A stretch of DNA of 61,259 nt, the filler included, from Asterionella formosa (taxonomy: Eukaryota), in assembly GCA_002256025.1 (NCBI GenBank). It is 12 parts of 12 records of this genome, joined end to end, with 100 filler letters (N's around TTAATTAATTAA, not from the genome) between each part and the next. Parts side by side here need not be neighbours in the genome. Positions count along the whole stretch, not along the records: positions 30,748 to 35,759 come from NKIB01013258.1; positions 35,860 to 40,863 come from NKIB01013259.1; positions 40,964 to 45,964 come from NKIB01013260.1; 9 more parts are not named here. One strand, given 5' to 3'. Both the position numbers and the translations under genes were made by a program. The notes beneath the pieces were generated by a model, which made no database searches, was not told the origin of the DNA, and saw only the letters and a list, made by a program, of their open reading frames with translations. Position 1 is the first letter of the stretch, and each line of letters opens with the position of its first letter. Below are positions 32,191-45,364 of this stretch, one piece after another.

Positions 32191-34288
32191 AGAAGAGTAT
32201 GCAAAATACAAAGGTTATCTTCAAATAGCCTCAGAAGTTAACTTTCAGCGAGAAACTGGAGAAAGGAACTTTGGTTTTTTACTATAACAAAAAAGTGAAA
32301 TTTGCCCCGAAATTTCTGGTCTTCTACAAAGACAAACGCGATGGAGTTATACCAGGCGAGCACCGGAAAGATGCAAACCACGCGACGCGAATCGAAGGAG
32401 TCAAAGCTGAGATATTAACATAGCGACAATGCTACTATTAAGTTTTAGCTTTTAGAAATGAATCAAACAACCAAGGGTCAAGACAAGGGAAGGAGGCAGC
32501 AACCACGTGAGGTTAAACAAGTGAATAAGTCCAAGTGTGTAGCACACAATTTTTTGAATAACGATTCAGAGAACAAGCAGTCTAAAGGAGTGCCAAGTCT
32601 TTTGCAAATTATAGTCTAAAATCATCCACACTACTTCCCTCCCACGGCAAAGCACAACTCGACTGCCACAGAACCCCTGAGATTGGATCCGGATTTTGAA
32701 CCCGGATTTGGGAATGGGACACATTTATTTAGCACTGAATTCAAAAACCATTTATGCTACTTTTACTTTGTATTTCTGGCTCGCTATCCTTGTAATCTAT
32801 GGGTCGATTTTATATATTCCAGCAAAGTAAATACAAAGCTACAACACAGATAACATATGGAGAAAGACGAAACGGATGATTCAGTAATTGTGTCGAAGTT
32901 ACTTCGCATTATATACCGGTAATATAAAAATAAAATCAGGTGTGCAGAAAAGGATACATAGAACTTCAGACAATATGATATGTAGACTAGTACCTTTACT
33001 TATACATGTACCGGTAAACAAGGGTACCTGCAAGATGCGTTGAATGAAAACTTTAGTTCTGTTTTCCTTTTAGTCAAAACCGTCTTTATCTGCAACTCCC
33101 TGGTATCAAGTTTCGTGAAAACCAAGATTTGTTCTCGATTTCAGGTTGCATATTTGAATTACATAGGAATCAGCGCCAGATTGATAGAGTTCCATTTTAA
33201 ACAAAAAAAAATGATTTTTAAACCTTAATTCTATATCGTCATTGCTGAATGTAGACATGATTCTGCTCAACGTCAAAACACAAGTATAAATCAGGAGTAC
33301 GCCAACGTGTACGCTCATGGTTGGTGTTTATACATTGTTTTGAATCTACACTGCAGTATGTAGTACCGGTAGGTTTAATAAAAATCAGTACAGTACCAGA
33401 TACCGAAGTACCAGAGTACCGGTAGTACAAAATCTCGGTTCATGACGATGGAAGACAGGATGAAACTAGTGCCGATGTACCGGTAATGATTTTGCCTGCT
33501 GGTACGTGTGGTTCAAGTGTGGCTGGCGTGATTTTACAAGTCCGGAGTACTTCAGCCAATCTGGAACAGGTGAGTAAATTCAATTCAACCAATCAGAATA
33601 TGTGTAGTGATGCGGCAACGTACCCTGGAGTCCTGTTGTCGGACTGAGAATTAAGCAGCAAAACATATCAACGCAAGAATAAGTCTACGTGAACGTTTTG
33701 CACATACAAACATATGCAAAGTTGTCGTAATGGTGAAAGCTAATTTTACCTTTAACTATTTTTTTTATGTGTACGTTATGTGTCGATTAAGGTACATCAT
33801 AAAATTATTTTGGAAAAAAAAGGACCTCGCAATGTGTAACTGTGGGGCTACAACCTTGAAGATATCAGAACTCATCATTAAACCATCAGATCATGAAGGA
33901 ATGATAGTTTCTTGAAAAAAAGATTTGATATCGGTGTAGATTTCAGAACTCAGCAGCATGATCATGAAGGAATATAAATAAACCTTTCTGAGAGAATGGC
34001 TTTAGGGCTGTTCTATTCATTTTTTTCGTGTATCACGGAATTTAATTTTTTTGGAAATGTATCAGCAATGGTAACTCGATTTGAACTGAATTTCATTCAT
34101 TCCAAAAGTGTCACTGTATCACTAATTTGTGATCACATTGTATCATGGAGTAACATAGATCTTCAACGGCAACTGGCTGGCAATGATCATGTGTATACCC
34201 CTCCTGAATATAATGGTCTTGATATCAAGCAGCAACATAAAATTTAATTACCGGTTAACTATATGTTATATTAGTAACACACCATTGC

Positions 34289-35605
34289 ATGAATCATGCC
34301 ATCGCCATTTGATTTACTTGATGATAATGATGATGACAGTAGTGATCTTGATTTCTTCTTCCTCTGTCATTTAGCTAAGGAAGCAGAGGAAAAAGAACAC
34401 TCATCCAAACAACAAAGGCGACACTGTAAACGGCAGCTTCAGTGATCTGAACAACGACAACAACGAAGGCACAAGTGGCACCACGAAAGAATCTCCTGGC
34501 AATCACATGTCAAGAAACTCAATCACGAGATTGCTTTCGAGAAGACATACAGAATGTCACACAGAGCATTCAAAAAACTCACCACCATGCTGGAAATTCA
34601 GATTGCAGGGAATTATTCCAAATGTGGCACTTCTGAGCCCATAAGTTCCCGAAATTGTGGTAGCCATTGGTTTGCGATGGCTTGCTGGTGGCAGTTACAT
34701 CGACATTCGTCATGCCTACTGTTGTAGCATTGCTTCATTTTATCGATGTCGTGATTTGTTCATTTATGCTGTACTAAACTGTGAAGAACTCGAAATTATT
34801 TTTCCGAAAGAAAAAGAATAATTTTTCAAATTGGCTTCCAGCTTTGAATGCAAAAGCTCAGAGGGCATGATGAGAGGATGTGTTGGTGCTATTGACGGCC
34901 TCCTAGCCACCATCAACCGCCCGACTATAGTTGAAAGTAGCAACAACCCTGGTTCATTTTTTTCCGGTCACTACATGACGTATGGAATCAATGTCCAGGC
35001 TGTTTGTGATGCTGACTCAAGATTTATTTATTTTGGTGTGATTGCACCGGGAAAATGCAGTGACCAAGTAGCTTTTGAACGAACTTCCATTTTCAATCGA
35101 GTTGCAGCATTAAACACAGGGTTTTATCTGGTCGGCGATGCAGCTTACACATTGTCTGATGTAATGCTCTTTGTTGGCTCACAACGTGATGATCCAACAC
35201 AGGATACATTTAAATTTTTCCTTTCACAGCTGAGGATAAGAATAGAAATGGCATTTGGTCTTCTTCAGACAAAATGGTGTGTTCTAAAAAAATCTATCAA
35301 CAAGCTTGGAAACGTCTGCACACATTCTTGATTCATGTGCTCGACTTCATAACTATGTGATTTATAAGAAGATAATTGATAACGAGATTATAGATGATAA
35401 TCAAATACTTACAGAGGTAATTCCAGTCAGTTTGTCACCCCTTGGTTGGGGCTGCTTGCCAACTGTGGAACCATTGTTTATATTGCCTGGAAACTCTGTG
35501 ATGCGAGATGTGATTCTTACCAGATTGCAAACCTTGGGCTTGCATCGACCTCCTGTGAATATAGAGAGGAGAAGGAAAGAATTACATGAAATAAATTTAA
35601 TGTAG
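34289..35605 (+). pseudogene. PIF/Harbinger (DDE_Tnp_4, HARBI1-like) transposase, frameshifted
   Basis: FEKTYRMS, LRWLAGGSYIDI, GCVGAIDG, FFSGHYMTYGINVQAVCDA, YLVGDAAY, RIRIEMAFGLLQTKW, CARLHNY, spread across several frames. Confidence 0.88.
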
Positions 35606-35859
35606 ACAAAATCAATAATTTATTCATTAGTTGGATGCAAAGAAGAAATAGCCTAATACATACATGACAATACTATGCATCCATAGTATTAATAAGTAGT
35701 CTAGTGATTATAGGAATAACATATGTAACCATCAATCATATGCTTCCAAATATGTTTGTNNNNNNNNNNNNNNNNNNNNNNNNNNNNNNNNNNNNNNNNN
35801 NNNTTAATTAATTAANNNNNNNNNNNNNNNNNNNNNNNNNNNNNNNNNNNNNNNNNNNN

Positions 35860-36761
35860 TGATTGTTGAATTCTCGCTGGATCCTGGCATCAGGTACTCC
35901 TTTGAAAACAACAAGAGGAGCAAGCTTCTCTCCAGACATGGTAACACCCAACAACACTGTGCAACGCATGCTGCTACCATTGGTGCGTAAACTGATGGTT
36001 TTCGCACCTTTATCAGCTAGCGTGAGCCCGCCTGCCATATCGAAATAAATGTTTGTCTCATCTATATTTACGATACTAGCACGATGATACGACCCTTCAA
36101 GAAACTGTGCGTTTATGTACTGGAGATACTCCTGCATGACACTCAGTACATAGCGCGTGTTTTGTGCCTTGTGGGTGATACGACAATACTCAATGTTTTG
36201 GGATGTGCACCAACAAGCTACACGCTGTTGAATAACGCTCAAGCTAGCAACATGTCCCGACAAGCGCTTCAGCTCAGCAGCAAGCAACATGATCGAACAA
36301 GCGCGATCATCACCATGAAGCTGATCATACAAGAGACGAATCGCCGCAAATTCAGTTGCACTATTCTTGCTACGCGACTTGGCTGCCTAAATGAAAAGTT
36401 TGTTTTTTCAGAAGGAGACGCCCCTCATCCGACAATAAACCCATGAAAGTTAGCTTTCCAGCGCCGAATATTGCTGGCGCCAATGCCATACTTACGTGCA
36501 ACAGCCTTGATGATGCCGGGGAGTTCCCATGCTTCATCCACAATGTCGCGCTTTTCTTGCAAGGTGAAGAACTTTCTCATTTTTCACTTTTCGGAAACAG
36601 TGATCATATTAATAAATATTAGAAAAATGCGCGCCATCCTGTAGAACTAATAAAATTAACTTCGGACTAGTATAAGGGAAATCTCTTCATTGTCCTGGAA
36701 AATCAGTCAAATTCAGTCACGGCAGTGTACATTGGGGGGTCCAGGACAATGAAGTATACGG
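35860..36761 (-). mobile_element. Left end of pogo/Tigger-like DNA transposon with TIR and partial DDE_1 transposase (cut by contig end)
   Basis: TIR at 36734-36761 identical to 25637-25664, followed by TA. ATG at 36580 gives an HTH region, then after a frameshift IVNIDETNIYFDM...RCTVLLGVTMSGEKLAPLVVFKG. Confidence 0.9.
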
Positions 36762-37270
36762 TATACATATGGTGTCTGTTATTTTGAATTGTTGGTACCA
36801 GTACCAGGTAGCAGCGAAAAGTGGTCCTGCTAAACCAGGTATAACCTGGCACGATCAAGTACCAGGGTACATAGTTGGGGAATCTCCAATTTTTTACTCA
36901 AGTAAGTACACAGTAAATACGTCGTTTAGTTTCCGATTCAGTCCGGTTTGTAAAATTGAAAACGAGATGAAATCATAAATGGTCCTCATTGTGCAATTCA
37001 TTTGACAAGAAGCGCAAGCAGCGCCTTTTTGAACTCCTATAGTAGTTGAAATTACATAAGTGGTAGTACATATGGTCTATTTAGGTAAATATTCCTTGAT
37101 TGTGCTTTTTTGTTGATGTCAATTAATACATAAAGCATAAATACACAAAAGAAGCAAGTTTCTTAAGTTTTGGTGCACCTTCTACTGTCAGTTAGCTAAG
37201 TTGGAATCGAAGTTGTGTTGATGCTTGAGCAAAACTAGTGTTCATCACATATCTTTTCCTCCCTGGAAGA

Positions 37271-38620
37271 ATGAAGAAGGCAACGTCGTTACGAGAACGA
37301 TTATCTTCCTTTCGAAAGAAAAATGAGAATCCAACTGTCAGCGTAAGAATCGGTTCCAAAACAGGACCCTCAAAGCGGGAACAATCTGTCGCGACGACAA
37401 AGAAGCAGTCCTCCGTTCGTCCGATGAGAGGAGCGAGTTCGCCAAATATTGCTACGACGAGAGATGAGAATGATCATTCCCAACGCGGATCTGACAATGT
37501 TCCACAGCAAGAACAAGGGCATCGCCATTTGACCCAACAGCAAAAGAGTGACTTTAAACGCATTTCCAAGGCAGCTGCGGCATTGGATAAAGCAGGAAAT
37601 GATTTGTTTGAATTGGGCGAGTATTCGAAAGCAATGACGACCTATACGCGAGCATTAAAACTCAAGCGACGATCTCTGACGATTGGAATTGATGATGACG
37701 AAGGACACAAGGACCTTTTACTGGCTTCTGTCGCTACGTCAATAAACAACATTGGATACCTTAGGCAAAGGAGTGGTGCTAGCGCTGACGAGGCAATGGC
37801 TGCGTATCGAGACGCCTTGCAAATCAAAAAGGAAATACTAGGGAAGGATACCCTTTCCGTTGGCAAGACTCTTAACAACATTGGTTCGGTATACTTTTCC
37901 ACCAAACATTGGGATCACGCGCTAGAAGCATATTTAGAAGCTCAAAAAATTATGGTTTCCAATTTGGGAAAGGATCACATGGATGTTGCCACCGTTCTTA
38001 GCAACATTGGAGATGTTCATCTGGCGAAAGAAGAGGGGACCAAAGCTAAATTATGCTATACTGAAGCCCTTCGGATTCGCTGGACCGTCTTTGGAGACCA
38101 TGATCCCAAATGCGTCCGACTGTTGGAAAAAATTGCATCTCTTGATATGGCGGAGTCGCCAGCGAGGATGCGACGAGCAGCGAACGCAATGGACATTTTG
38201 GGTTTATGTGAAGATGACGGTGAACGACCTGTGCACGGCGAATTGCGAATTCTACGAAATGAAGTCGGTCTAGACATTCAGAATATTGAATCGATGGAGC
38301 GAAAGATGGCGTTGGACATGGTCCGCGACAAGTTGACGATCATTCGGGAAATGCGACAACTTCAACTGGAGGAAAAAGCTGAAGTCGATCATGACACTAC
38401 AGGTGCGACTAGTCCATTAACACCTGTACAACGAACAGAGGCCTTGTCATGCGTTAAGGATCGACTAGCGCGGTTACGAGAGACTCGTTCGAGGAGAGGG
38501 CAAACTCCGGATTCTGATTCGCCGAGGATGACAAATCCAAGGATTGACGCGTCAAGGTCCATGAATTTGTCAAAGCGGAACTTGGCGGAGTCAATGGAAC
38601 AAGTGTCTTGGTTCAACTGA
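37271..38620 (+). CDS. TPR-repeat protein (kinesin light chain/TPR_12-type repeats)
   Basis: VATSINNIG, VGKTLNNIG, VATVLSNIG repeats with A...Y..AL.I...LG..H spacing; first ATG at 37271. Confidence 0.85.
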   Translation: MKKATSLRERLSSFRKKNENPTVSVRIGSKTGPSKREQSVATTKKQSSVRPMRGASSPNIATTRDENDHSQRGSDNVPQQEQGHRHLTQQQKSDFKRISKAAAALDKAGNDLFELGEYSKAMTTYTRALKLKRRSLTIGIDDDEGHKDLLLASVATSINNIGYLRQRSGASADEAMAAYRDALQIKKEILGKDTLSVGKTLNNIGSVYFSTKHWDHALEAYLEAQKIMVSNLGKDHMDVATVLSNIGDVHLAKEEGTKAKLCYTEALRIRWTVFGDHDPKCVRLLEKIASLDMAESPARMRRAANAMDILGLCEDDGERPVHGELRILRNEVGLDIQNIESMERKMALDMVRDKLTIIREMRQLQLEEKAEVDHDTTGATSPLTPVQRTEALSCVKDRLARLRETRSRRGQTPDSDSPRMTNPRIDASRSMNLSKRNLAESMEQVSWFN

Positions 38621-39161
38621 TTGCACTTGGAATACGTAAATCACAATTGTTAAAAGCGAATGAATTGAAACCACTTACACAGGGCGGAGGGGGCATTGCA
38701 TTAACATGTCTTTTGTGAGGGACTGAAGCACTCAACGAGGAATGATTTAAATTACAAAAATATTCTGTACAAAATCGGTAATGAGTTGAAATACGTGCTT
38801 TCATAGAAACTCATACAAATTGATTCTTGGACACTTTTCCTTTCTGTTGTTTCGGCGACCGTTTACAGTTCAATTATGTTCGAGTCCTCTGTTAGTGCTT
38901 TTCATGTTAGAATTCTTTCTTCAAAGCAATGAAATTCATTATAAACCGCAAGGGTTTCGTTCGGGTAAGTAAACATGTAGTTTCTGGAACCATCATCCGA
39001 CGACAGTGCCGCATCGTTCCTTATATGATCACTTCTCGCTATTCCTATGTAGCAAAAAGTAATTCTGACTCCTGAAAGTAGTAAAGGATTTGCTCGCCTC
39101 GTGTATGAAAGTCAGGAGATAATACTGGACTGAAAATATTATATCTTCTTATCCTTCAATG

Positions 39162-39728
39162 TCATCCATGCCCCATGTGTTGATAAGCGTAGCATCGTAT
39201 GAAATACGTCGTAAAAGTAATACAGCCCCATAACACACCAAGAACAAAAATACCCGCGATGAGACTCACTTGGCGCATGATTATCAACGATACGCAAGAT
39301 AAAATCATAATTGGTTGAAGAGATTCTAGAAGAAACAAACATACCAGGGCAGTCACTATGATGGCTTCGCCTTGATCGAGTCGAATCCAATAGGGCATGC
39401 TCAGTAGCAGAGTAGTTAACGTCAGAGTTGCCGTGGCAATTCCCCCAAAAAACCACCATGGCAGCTTCACCTCGGGCTGTGCTTCGATGTATGGATGGAG
39501 AATGTGTAACCCTAAACACGCGATAGATAACCGCACCAAGGCGGCTTCGGACAGGGTTGGTGATGTCAAGAGGCGCCAACAAATTTCCCAACAGACTCTC
39601 ATGAATTCGAACACATGTAGCAACAGACTAATTAGAAAAGGATTCATGCATATTGTATGAAAAGTCGTACTTCTAGATTGTTGGCCTCCAGTTGAGCTTG
39701 GCGACTGATGCCGTACAATCGGCGCCAT
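39162..39728 (-). CDS. Hypothetical small multi-pass membrane protein
   Basis: About 188 aa from ATG 39728 with 4-5 hydrophobic stretches; no family recognised. Confidence 0.5.
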   Translation of the reverse strand: MAPIVRHQSPSSTGGQQSRSTTFHTICMNPFLISLLLHVFEFMRVCWEICWRLLTSPTLSEAALVRLSIACLGLHILHPYIEAQPEVKLPWWFFGGIATATLTLTTLLLSMPYWIRLDQGEAIIVTALVCLFLLESLQPIMILSCVSLIIMRQVSLIAGIFVLGVLWGCITFTTYFIRCYAYQHMGHG

Positions 39729-41698
39729 GGTATTCGCTTTGCTGTTCCGGCTAATCACCGTGGTAGGCTTTTTGCTGCTTGTTTTTCCTGACTACCGGTA
39801 ATGATAACGAATTTGAGACAAATGTGCTTCAATTCTTCGGATTTATGTAATGGCAGTATCTCGGAGTTGCAGTAAAAGACGGTTCTTACTATGACACAAA
39901 AAGCTAAATTTCTCATTTACCGCGACCTGCTTGAGGTACCAGGGATACCAGGATACCAGGATACCTGGTATCCTGATACTCCCTCTGCTGGTTGAAAGTA
40001 GTTGCTTGCGTCGATTTGCGGCGACTCAAGCAAGCGCCGACCAGCTTATGTTTTGGACGGATTGTTAGGTCGTAGCAAACATACCACATGAGTTGGTCGG
40101 CGTACTCGAAAATACTACCGCACGCGTTTTTTATGAGATACATATACCACTGTGCAGGTAGACATGAGCATTGACTACAGGAATAAACTATCATTTTTTA
40201 ATCGAGATTAACTCTTGTGTCACTCCGAGTCCCCCACTTCACACCCACTCCGCCCGTTCCGATGCCCTGGTCCCTGGTACCGGTACCTGGTACCAGGTAC
40301 CAGGTGGTACACTGTGTATCTTAGCCACTGCATGCAATTTTTTATGCTGGTACTGGCAGTAATGCATTAACGGATCAGGACCCCAGGAAAGTGCCAGCTA
40401 CCGGTATCTGGTATTGTACCGGTTCTCAGATTCCAAGAACTACTACCTGGTACCGTACCGGTAACTACAATAGAGTAGAAGGTACCCGACAGTCAAGCCG
40501 TTGACCAGCCTAAATGCTGCCTGTGGGAGTCTATCGTACATACAGGTAGACTTTTCCTCAGCACCGTTAAACAACGTTATTGAGCGGAACTCCCTCTCCG
40601 CACGAATCAAAAGGATCTACATGAATTGTCGTTCAATGTAGGATTGTACACGTTCCCTGTACTGATATGTATTCTGGAACATTATCCAGCACCTTGAAGC
40701 AAAAAAAAGGATTTGTTCTTTGCTTCACAGCCAGCATAAAATCATAAATAGAATTGTGTGCACCTCACATTTTTGTTCATTGACCTCGTCTAAACCATGA
40801 CAAACAAAGAAACCAATCGTTCCTATGACCTTGTGGAAGACACGGAAGCCGCCTATGTTGACANNNNNNNNNNNNNNNNNNNNNNNNNNNNNNNNNNNNN
40901 NNNNNNNTTAATTAATTAANNNNNNNNNNNNNNNNNNNNNNNNNNNNNNNNNNNNNNNNNNNNTTGAAAGAGCCTCCATTTGTTGATTCCCCGGATCGTA
41001 TTTGGCCGGGTCTCGGAAAATAAATGAGAACCCTTCGCACTATTTTCGGTTTTATGGGATTCACAAAAAGTCGATGTCGTTTCCTGCTTTGAGTGTGTGG
41101 CTTAATAGTTACTATTAAATTATCTAACTTACGGCTGCGAAGCTTATCATATTGTGGATGAAGGAAGTTAAAGTGGTATGCCAATCATCTCAAAACGAAA
41201 AGCACCTGATTTGCTGAAGAGACCATTCGTTTTCAGTCCCTACCGGTACACTACTAAGTTTACTATTGTTATCGTGCCAACATACCGTTATATGCATATT
41301 TTATATTTTCGACACCAAACAGGGTGTCAGAACTCATCATTTAGTGCCTCGCATGATGCCCGAAGGGTGCCCCAGTTCCCTCTCGACATGAGCAAAAAAT
41401 TGTTGAATTGTTTTCCCAAAGTACATGAATAATCACCGGGGCTTGATGTCCTGATTCTCGATTCTAACGAAAGCATACCGGTATTTCCTAAGGAATATAT
41501 TTATATAGGTTGAGGTGTTTATTTCACTTTTGTGATATGGTACTCGAATACCACTAACGGTATTTTTGGTCACGTGGATGTAAAAAAGGCGGAAAGAAAT
41601 ACTTCCTACTTCAGATACCGGGTAGGTGCTTCGGTTCTTGATCATATGTGCAGACTATTGCCTCTTGATTACAGTTGCACTAGATTACTCGCCATAGT

Positions 41699-42400
41699 CT
41701 ATTTATTTGAACTGGGTAAGTGGATCGACAAGGCATTCAAGGTTCTGGCCACATCAGCAGGCTCAGCTCCTGACAACGATGCAAGAAATGTTGTGCGGAT
41801 TGGAATACCGGTAACAGCCTCAAGCAAAGGAGTCAGCAACAAGGCGAATGTACCAGCAAGAAGAAACGCTCCAGCGGGACGCGTGGCAGCAACTATGTAG
41901 GAAAATGTCATTGTCTGATCCGTAGCTTTGCCTGCCTCAAATGCTCTTACTGCGAGCAAACCAGGATTTCGAATTACCATGGCCTTACTCTCCTCGTCTC
42001 CAAAAATTTCTTTCCATTCCTTCCGGCACCCAGCAAACTCTTTCCTGTTGAAGGCAAGTATGATAGGCATCGTTTTGACCATTCCCAGGGCTTCCTCCGC
42101 TCCATACAGCTTGGCAAGCTCATCGAAGGAGGCAAGAGCATCCTTGTCGGAAATGTCTGTAAGTCTCTTGGAGAGCTCCCCAGTTTTGGTTATCTTATAG
42201 GTAGTGCCATCAATGTCGCGGTAGGGCATCCCGATCTTCCTCCATGCAGCCGCTTTTACAGGTGTCCGGTCGGAGAACTTTGTCTTGAAGACCTTGAGTG
42301 CTTCGCTGGCCGCGCTTGACTTCTTGCCGGCTCTTTGCAGTAGGCCAGATGCGAACGAGGCAGTGACCGAAGCGAGAATGGCGAATAGTAACACCTTCAT
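41699..42400 (-). CDS. Uncharacterised protein with signal peptide (possibly plastid-targeted) and C-terminal hydrophobic helix
   Basis: MKVLLFAILASVTASF...; two related units MVKTMPIILAF and MVIRNPGLLAV; TM-like segment AFLLAGTFALLLTPLL; 233 aa. Confidence 0.7.
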   Translation of the reverse strand: MKVLLFAILASVTASFASGLLQRAGKKSSAASEALKVFKTKFSDRTPVKAAAWRKIGMPYRDIDGTTYKITKTGELSKRLTDISDKDALASFDELAKLYGAEEALGMVKTMPIILAFNRKEFAGCRKEWKEIFGDEESKAMVIRNPGLLAVRAFEAGKATDQTMTFSYIVAATRPAGAFLLAGTFALLLTPLLEAVTGIPIRTTFLASLSGAEPADVARTLNALSIHLPSSNK

Positions 42401-42444
42401 ACTAATAATAGTTGGGAGAGTACTTAGGTAACGTTTGTGTGCAT

Positions 42445-43064
42445 NNNNNNNNNNNNNNNNNNNNNNNNNNNNNNNNNNNNNNNNNNNNNNNNNNNNNNNN
42501 NNNNNNNNNNNNNNNNNNNNNNNNNNNNNNNNNNNNNNNNNNNNNNNNNNNNNNNNNNNNNNNNNNNNNNNNNNNNNNNNNNNNNNNNNNNNNNNNNNNN
42601 NNNNNNNNNNNNNNNNNNNNNNNNNNNNNNNNNNNNNNNNNNNNNNNNNNNNNNNNNNNNNNNNNNNNNNNNNNNNNNNNNNNNNNNNNNNNNNNNNNNN
42701 NNNNNNNNNNNNNNNNNNNNNNNNNNNNNNNNNNNNNNNNNNNNNNNNNNNNNNNNNNNNNNNNNNNNNNNNNNNNNNNNNNNNNNNNNNNNNNNNNNNN
42801 NNNNNNNNNNNNNNNNNNNNNNNNNNNNNNNNNNNNNNNNNNNNNNNNNNNNNNNNNNNNNNNNNNNNNNNNNNNNNNNNNNNNNNNNNNNNNNNNNNNN
42901 NNNNNNNNNNNNNNNNNNNNNNNNNNNNNNNNNNNNNNNNNNNNNNNNNNNNNNNNNNNNNNNNNNNNNNNNNNNNNNNNNNNNNNNNNNNNNNNNNNNN
43001 NNNNNNNNNNNNNNNNNNNNNNNNNNNNNNNNNNNNNNNNNNNNNNNNNNNNNNNNNNNNNNNN
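42445..43064. other. Scaffold gap of 620 N
   Basis: Run of N without the spacer core. Confidence 0.97.
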
Positions 43065-43096
43065 CAAAAGCCAGATTGTGCATTGCAAAACTCCAT

Positions 43097-45364
43097 TTAC
43101 TTCTTTTCTGTTGGATGATCCTTCCCATCAGCATGATCATCAGATCCCACTCTAACATGCACCCCAATCCCAGGTAGCAATTTGTTTTGAATGCTAGCTT
43201 GCCGACGGACCGTCGAAAAATATTTCGTGAAGCTGCTGGCCACGGCACCCACCCCATGTTGGTTGGCCTCGTTCGTAGGTGTTTGCACCGCTGGAGCACT
43301 GGCTTCGCCATAAATATCACCATAGGAATCCAAATTAACAGGAGTCTCACAAATTGGGATGTCCTTGAGCGATTGACGAACATCATGACCCTCTCCACTG
43401 TCCACTTTATAGTAGTTTACGGGTTTCAGAAGGGAATTAAAATCAATCAACGTACTTTCTAGAACATTGACGTATCGACGAGTTTGACGATGTTTGCTAG
43501 AGACGGAATATTGAATACCATTGTCCTTGATAATGTAACCAATGCCGAATCCATCGGGAACCACTGGTCCAAAACCAAATAGACGTAAGGCTGGGTTGCC
43601 ACAGTTCGATGTTGACAGAATTGTATGATTGAGTTTCTTCCAAGGACTTGACAAGAAGAATTCAGGCATATCTCGATGGTTGCGTTCCGCAATCGATTTT
43701 AATGCAAAGAGATGACGATCCACTCCCTTCCCTTGGAATGACTCCAATACCAATCTAGAATGCTCTTTTGTAGCCTTGATCAACGTCGACAATTTTTGTT
43801 CGGCTGTCGACGATGGATTCACCCATGTTTTGCAAAAGTCGGCAGCAGCTGGAGTTGATGGTCTCATGGCTTCCGTGCGTCCATGATAAAAGTGCTTAGT
43901 CAAGACTGGCTCGTACATGCATACAATCTTTCCGTAGAGTCGATAATATGCCAATAGCATGCTCATTTGGACAAACGAATCTGGACTTAAATTGTTAGCC
44001 ACAATTAAAAGCTTGCCGTACTTCTTAAACTCTAGGATCACCATATCGGATGCTACAATTTGATCTCCAAGCGACGTTTCGGCAAAATAAATTCGCTCCA
44101 AGACTTCTGTGGGAAATTCAAAACTCAATTTTTTCGGAAAGACATCTAATGTCGCATGTCCTTTCGAGTCCAAGCACGATGCGGCACGTTTGACTTCGGC
44201 GTTCACAACATGAGGGAGATGCCCATGACCATGAATCAACTTTGTAATGGACTGAGCAAAGTTGACAACAGTCTCGGCATAAATGTCACTGACAAAGCGC
44301 AAAGCTGTATGGCCATCAATGGCCGAGTGTTCAAAATTGATTCCTGACGTGCCATCTCCACAAACAATGATTTGTAGTTTGTCATACCACCGATTGCAAC
44401 ATGTTCCAATCTGGCTATCTTGTTCATCTACCTTATAGGTCCCATGCAACATATTCGACGCTGCTTTATGTACTGTTTCTGGGACGTACTCGTCCAAGAC
44501 CAATACAAAGAGGGCAGAATCTACAATATTCAAAGATTCTGCATTCCGTGACGATGCTGCAACCATAGTTCGTCTCGCCCTTGCCCATTCATTCCTTGGT
44601 AACGAAGTAAGTACTCCAAGGGCTTCTTTGGCAGAAAGCTGTGAGGATCTCGCGTTGGTGCGTATGGCATGCAAAATATCCACAATATCGGCTTCATCCA
44701 CTGCGACTGTTCCGTCTTCCCAAAGTGCCTGGAAATAATACAACTGATTCCGACACATGACAGCAACGTGCGTCGAGTCCGGATACACAGCCACGTGATC
44801 GCGCTCCTCAAGTTCGGGTAGTCGGCACGAACCAAAGAGTACCTTGAATTGATCCATGCAGAGCGCCTTTCCTTTGAAGACATCTGGCACTAGAGTTTCG
44901 TGCTTTAGCAGCGACGCCAGTTTGACCGACGCAAAGGTTAAAGATGCCGCTCGGAGAATGGGTCTCTTGGCAGTCTTGGCGTCGGGTCCCTCTTCCAGTA
45001 CGAAGAAGGGGTTGAGATTCAAAACAACCGAGTCGTCTGGCGCCAAGTAGCTGTCGTTCCAGAACTCTTCCACGTATGATCCAATCGTCCCTTCTCTAAT
45101 GCCTTCTGCTTCGTACTGCTCCAAGAGCTGTTGAAGCTCGGGACCGTCCTTCTCCATGAACTTGGCAATGATCTCCTTGGTTCGTTCTCGCTCAGTCTCA
45201 GTCTGAAGCGCCCAGAGAACCTGTGGAAGCTTCGTCATTGTCTCTTGCAGCGTTGGAATCGGAAGCCGAGGAAGATCGCCCTGCGCTTCAAACGTCACGG
45301 GCCCTCGCAGCATGATGGCTTCTTCTTCAGAGATCTGGACGTGAGATGAGGAGTCTGTTGACAT
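43097..45364 (-). CDS. Choline/carnitine acyltransferase (carnitine O-acetyltransferase-like)
   Basis: LPRLPIPTL, NRWYDK, catalytic FEHSAIDG, SPDSFVQM, GRTE, GKGVDRHL, LSTSNCG, FGPVVPDGFGIGY. Confidence 0.93.
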   Translation of the reverse strand: MSTDSSSHVQISEEEAIMLRGPVTFEAQGDLPRLPIPTLQETMTKLPQVLWALQTETERERTKEIIAKFMEKDGPELQQLLEQYEAEGIREGTIGSYVEEFWNDSYLAPDDSVVLNLNPFFVLEEGPDAKTAKRPILRAASLTFASVKLASLLKHETLVPDVFKGKALCMDQFKVLFGSCRLPELEERDHVAVYPDSTHVAVMCRNQLYYFQALWEDGTVAVDEADIVDILHAIRTNARSSQLSAKEALGVLTSLPRNEWARARRTMVAASSRNAESLNIVDSALFVLVLDEYVPETVHKAASNMLHGTYKVDEQDSQIGTCCNRWYDKLQIIVCGDGTSGINFEHSAIDGHTALRFVSDIYAETVVNFAQSITKLIHGHGHLPHVVNAEVKRAASCLDSKGHATLDVFPKKLSFEFPTEVLERIYFAETSLGDQIVASDMVILEFKKYGKLLIVANNLSPDSFVQMSMLLAYYRLYGKIVCMYEPVLTKHFYHGRTEAMRPSTPAAADFCKTWVNPSSTAEQKLSTLIKATKEHSRLVLESFQGKGVDRHLFALKSIAERNHRDMPEFFLSSPWKKLNHTILSTSNCGNPALRLFGFGPVVPDGFGIGYIIKDNGIQYSVSSKHRQTRRYVNVLESTLIDFNSLLKPVNYYKVDSGEGHDVRQSLKDIPICETPVNLDSYGDIYGEASAPAVQTPTNEANQHGVGAVASSFTKYFSTVRRQASIQNKLLPGIGVHVRVGSDDHADGKDHPTEKK

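Noticed and set aside
42402..43398. Long ORFs spanning the N gap
   Set aside because: Artefacts of translating N; the real genes are 41699-42400 and 43097-45364.
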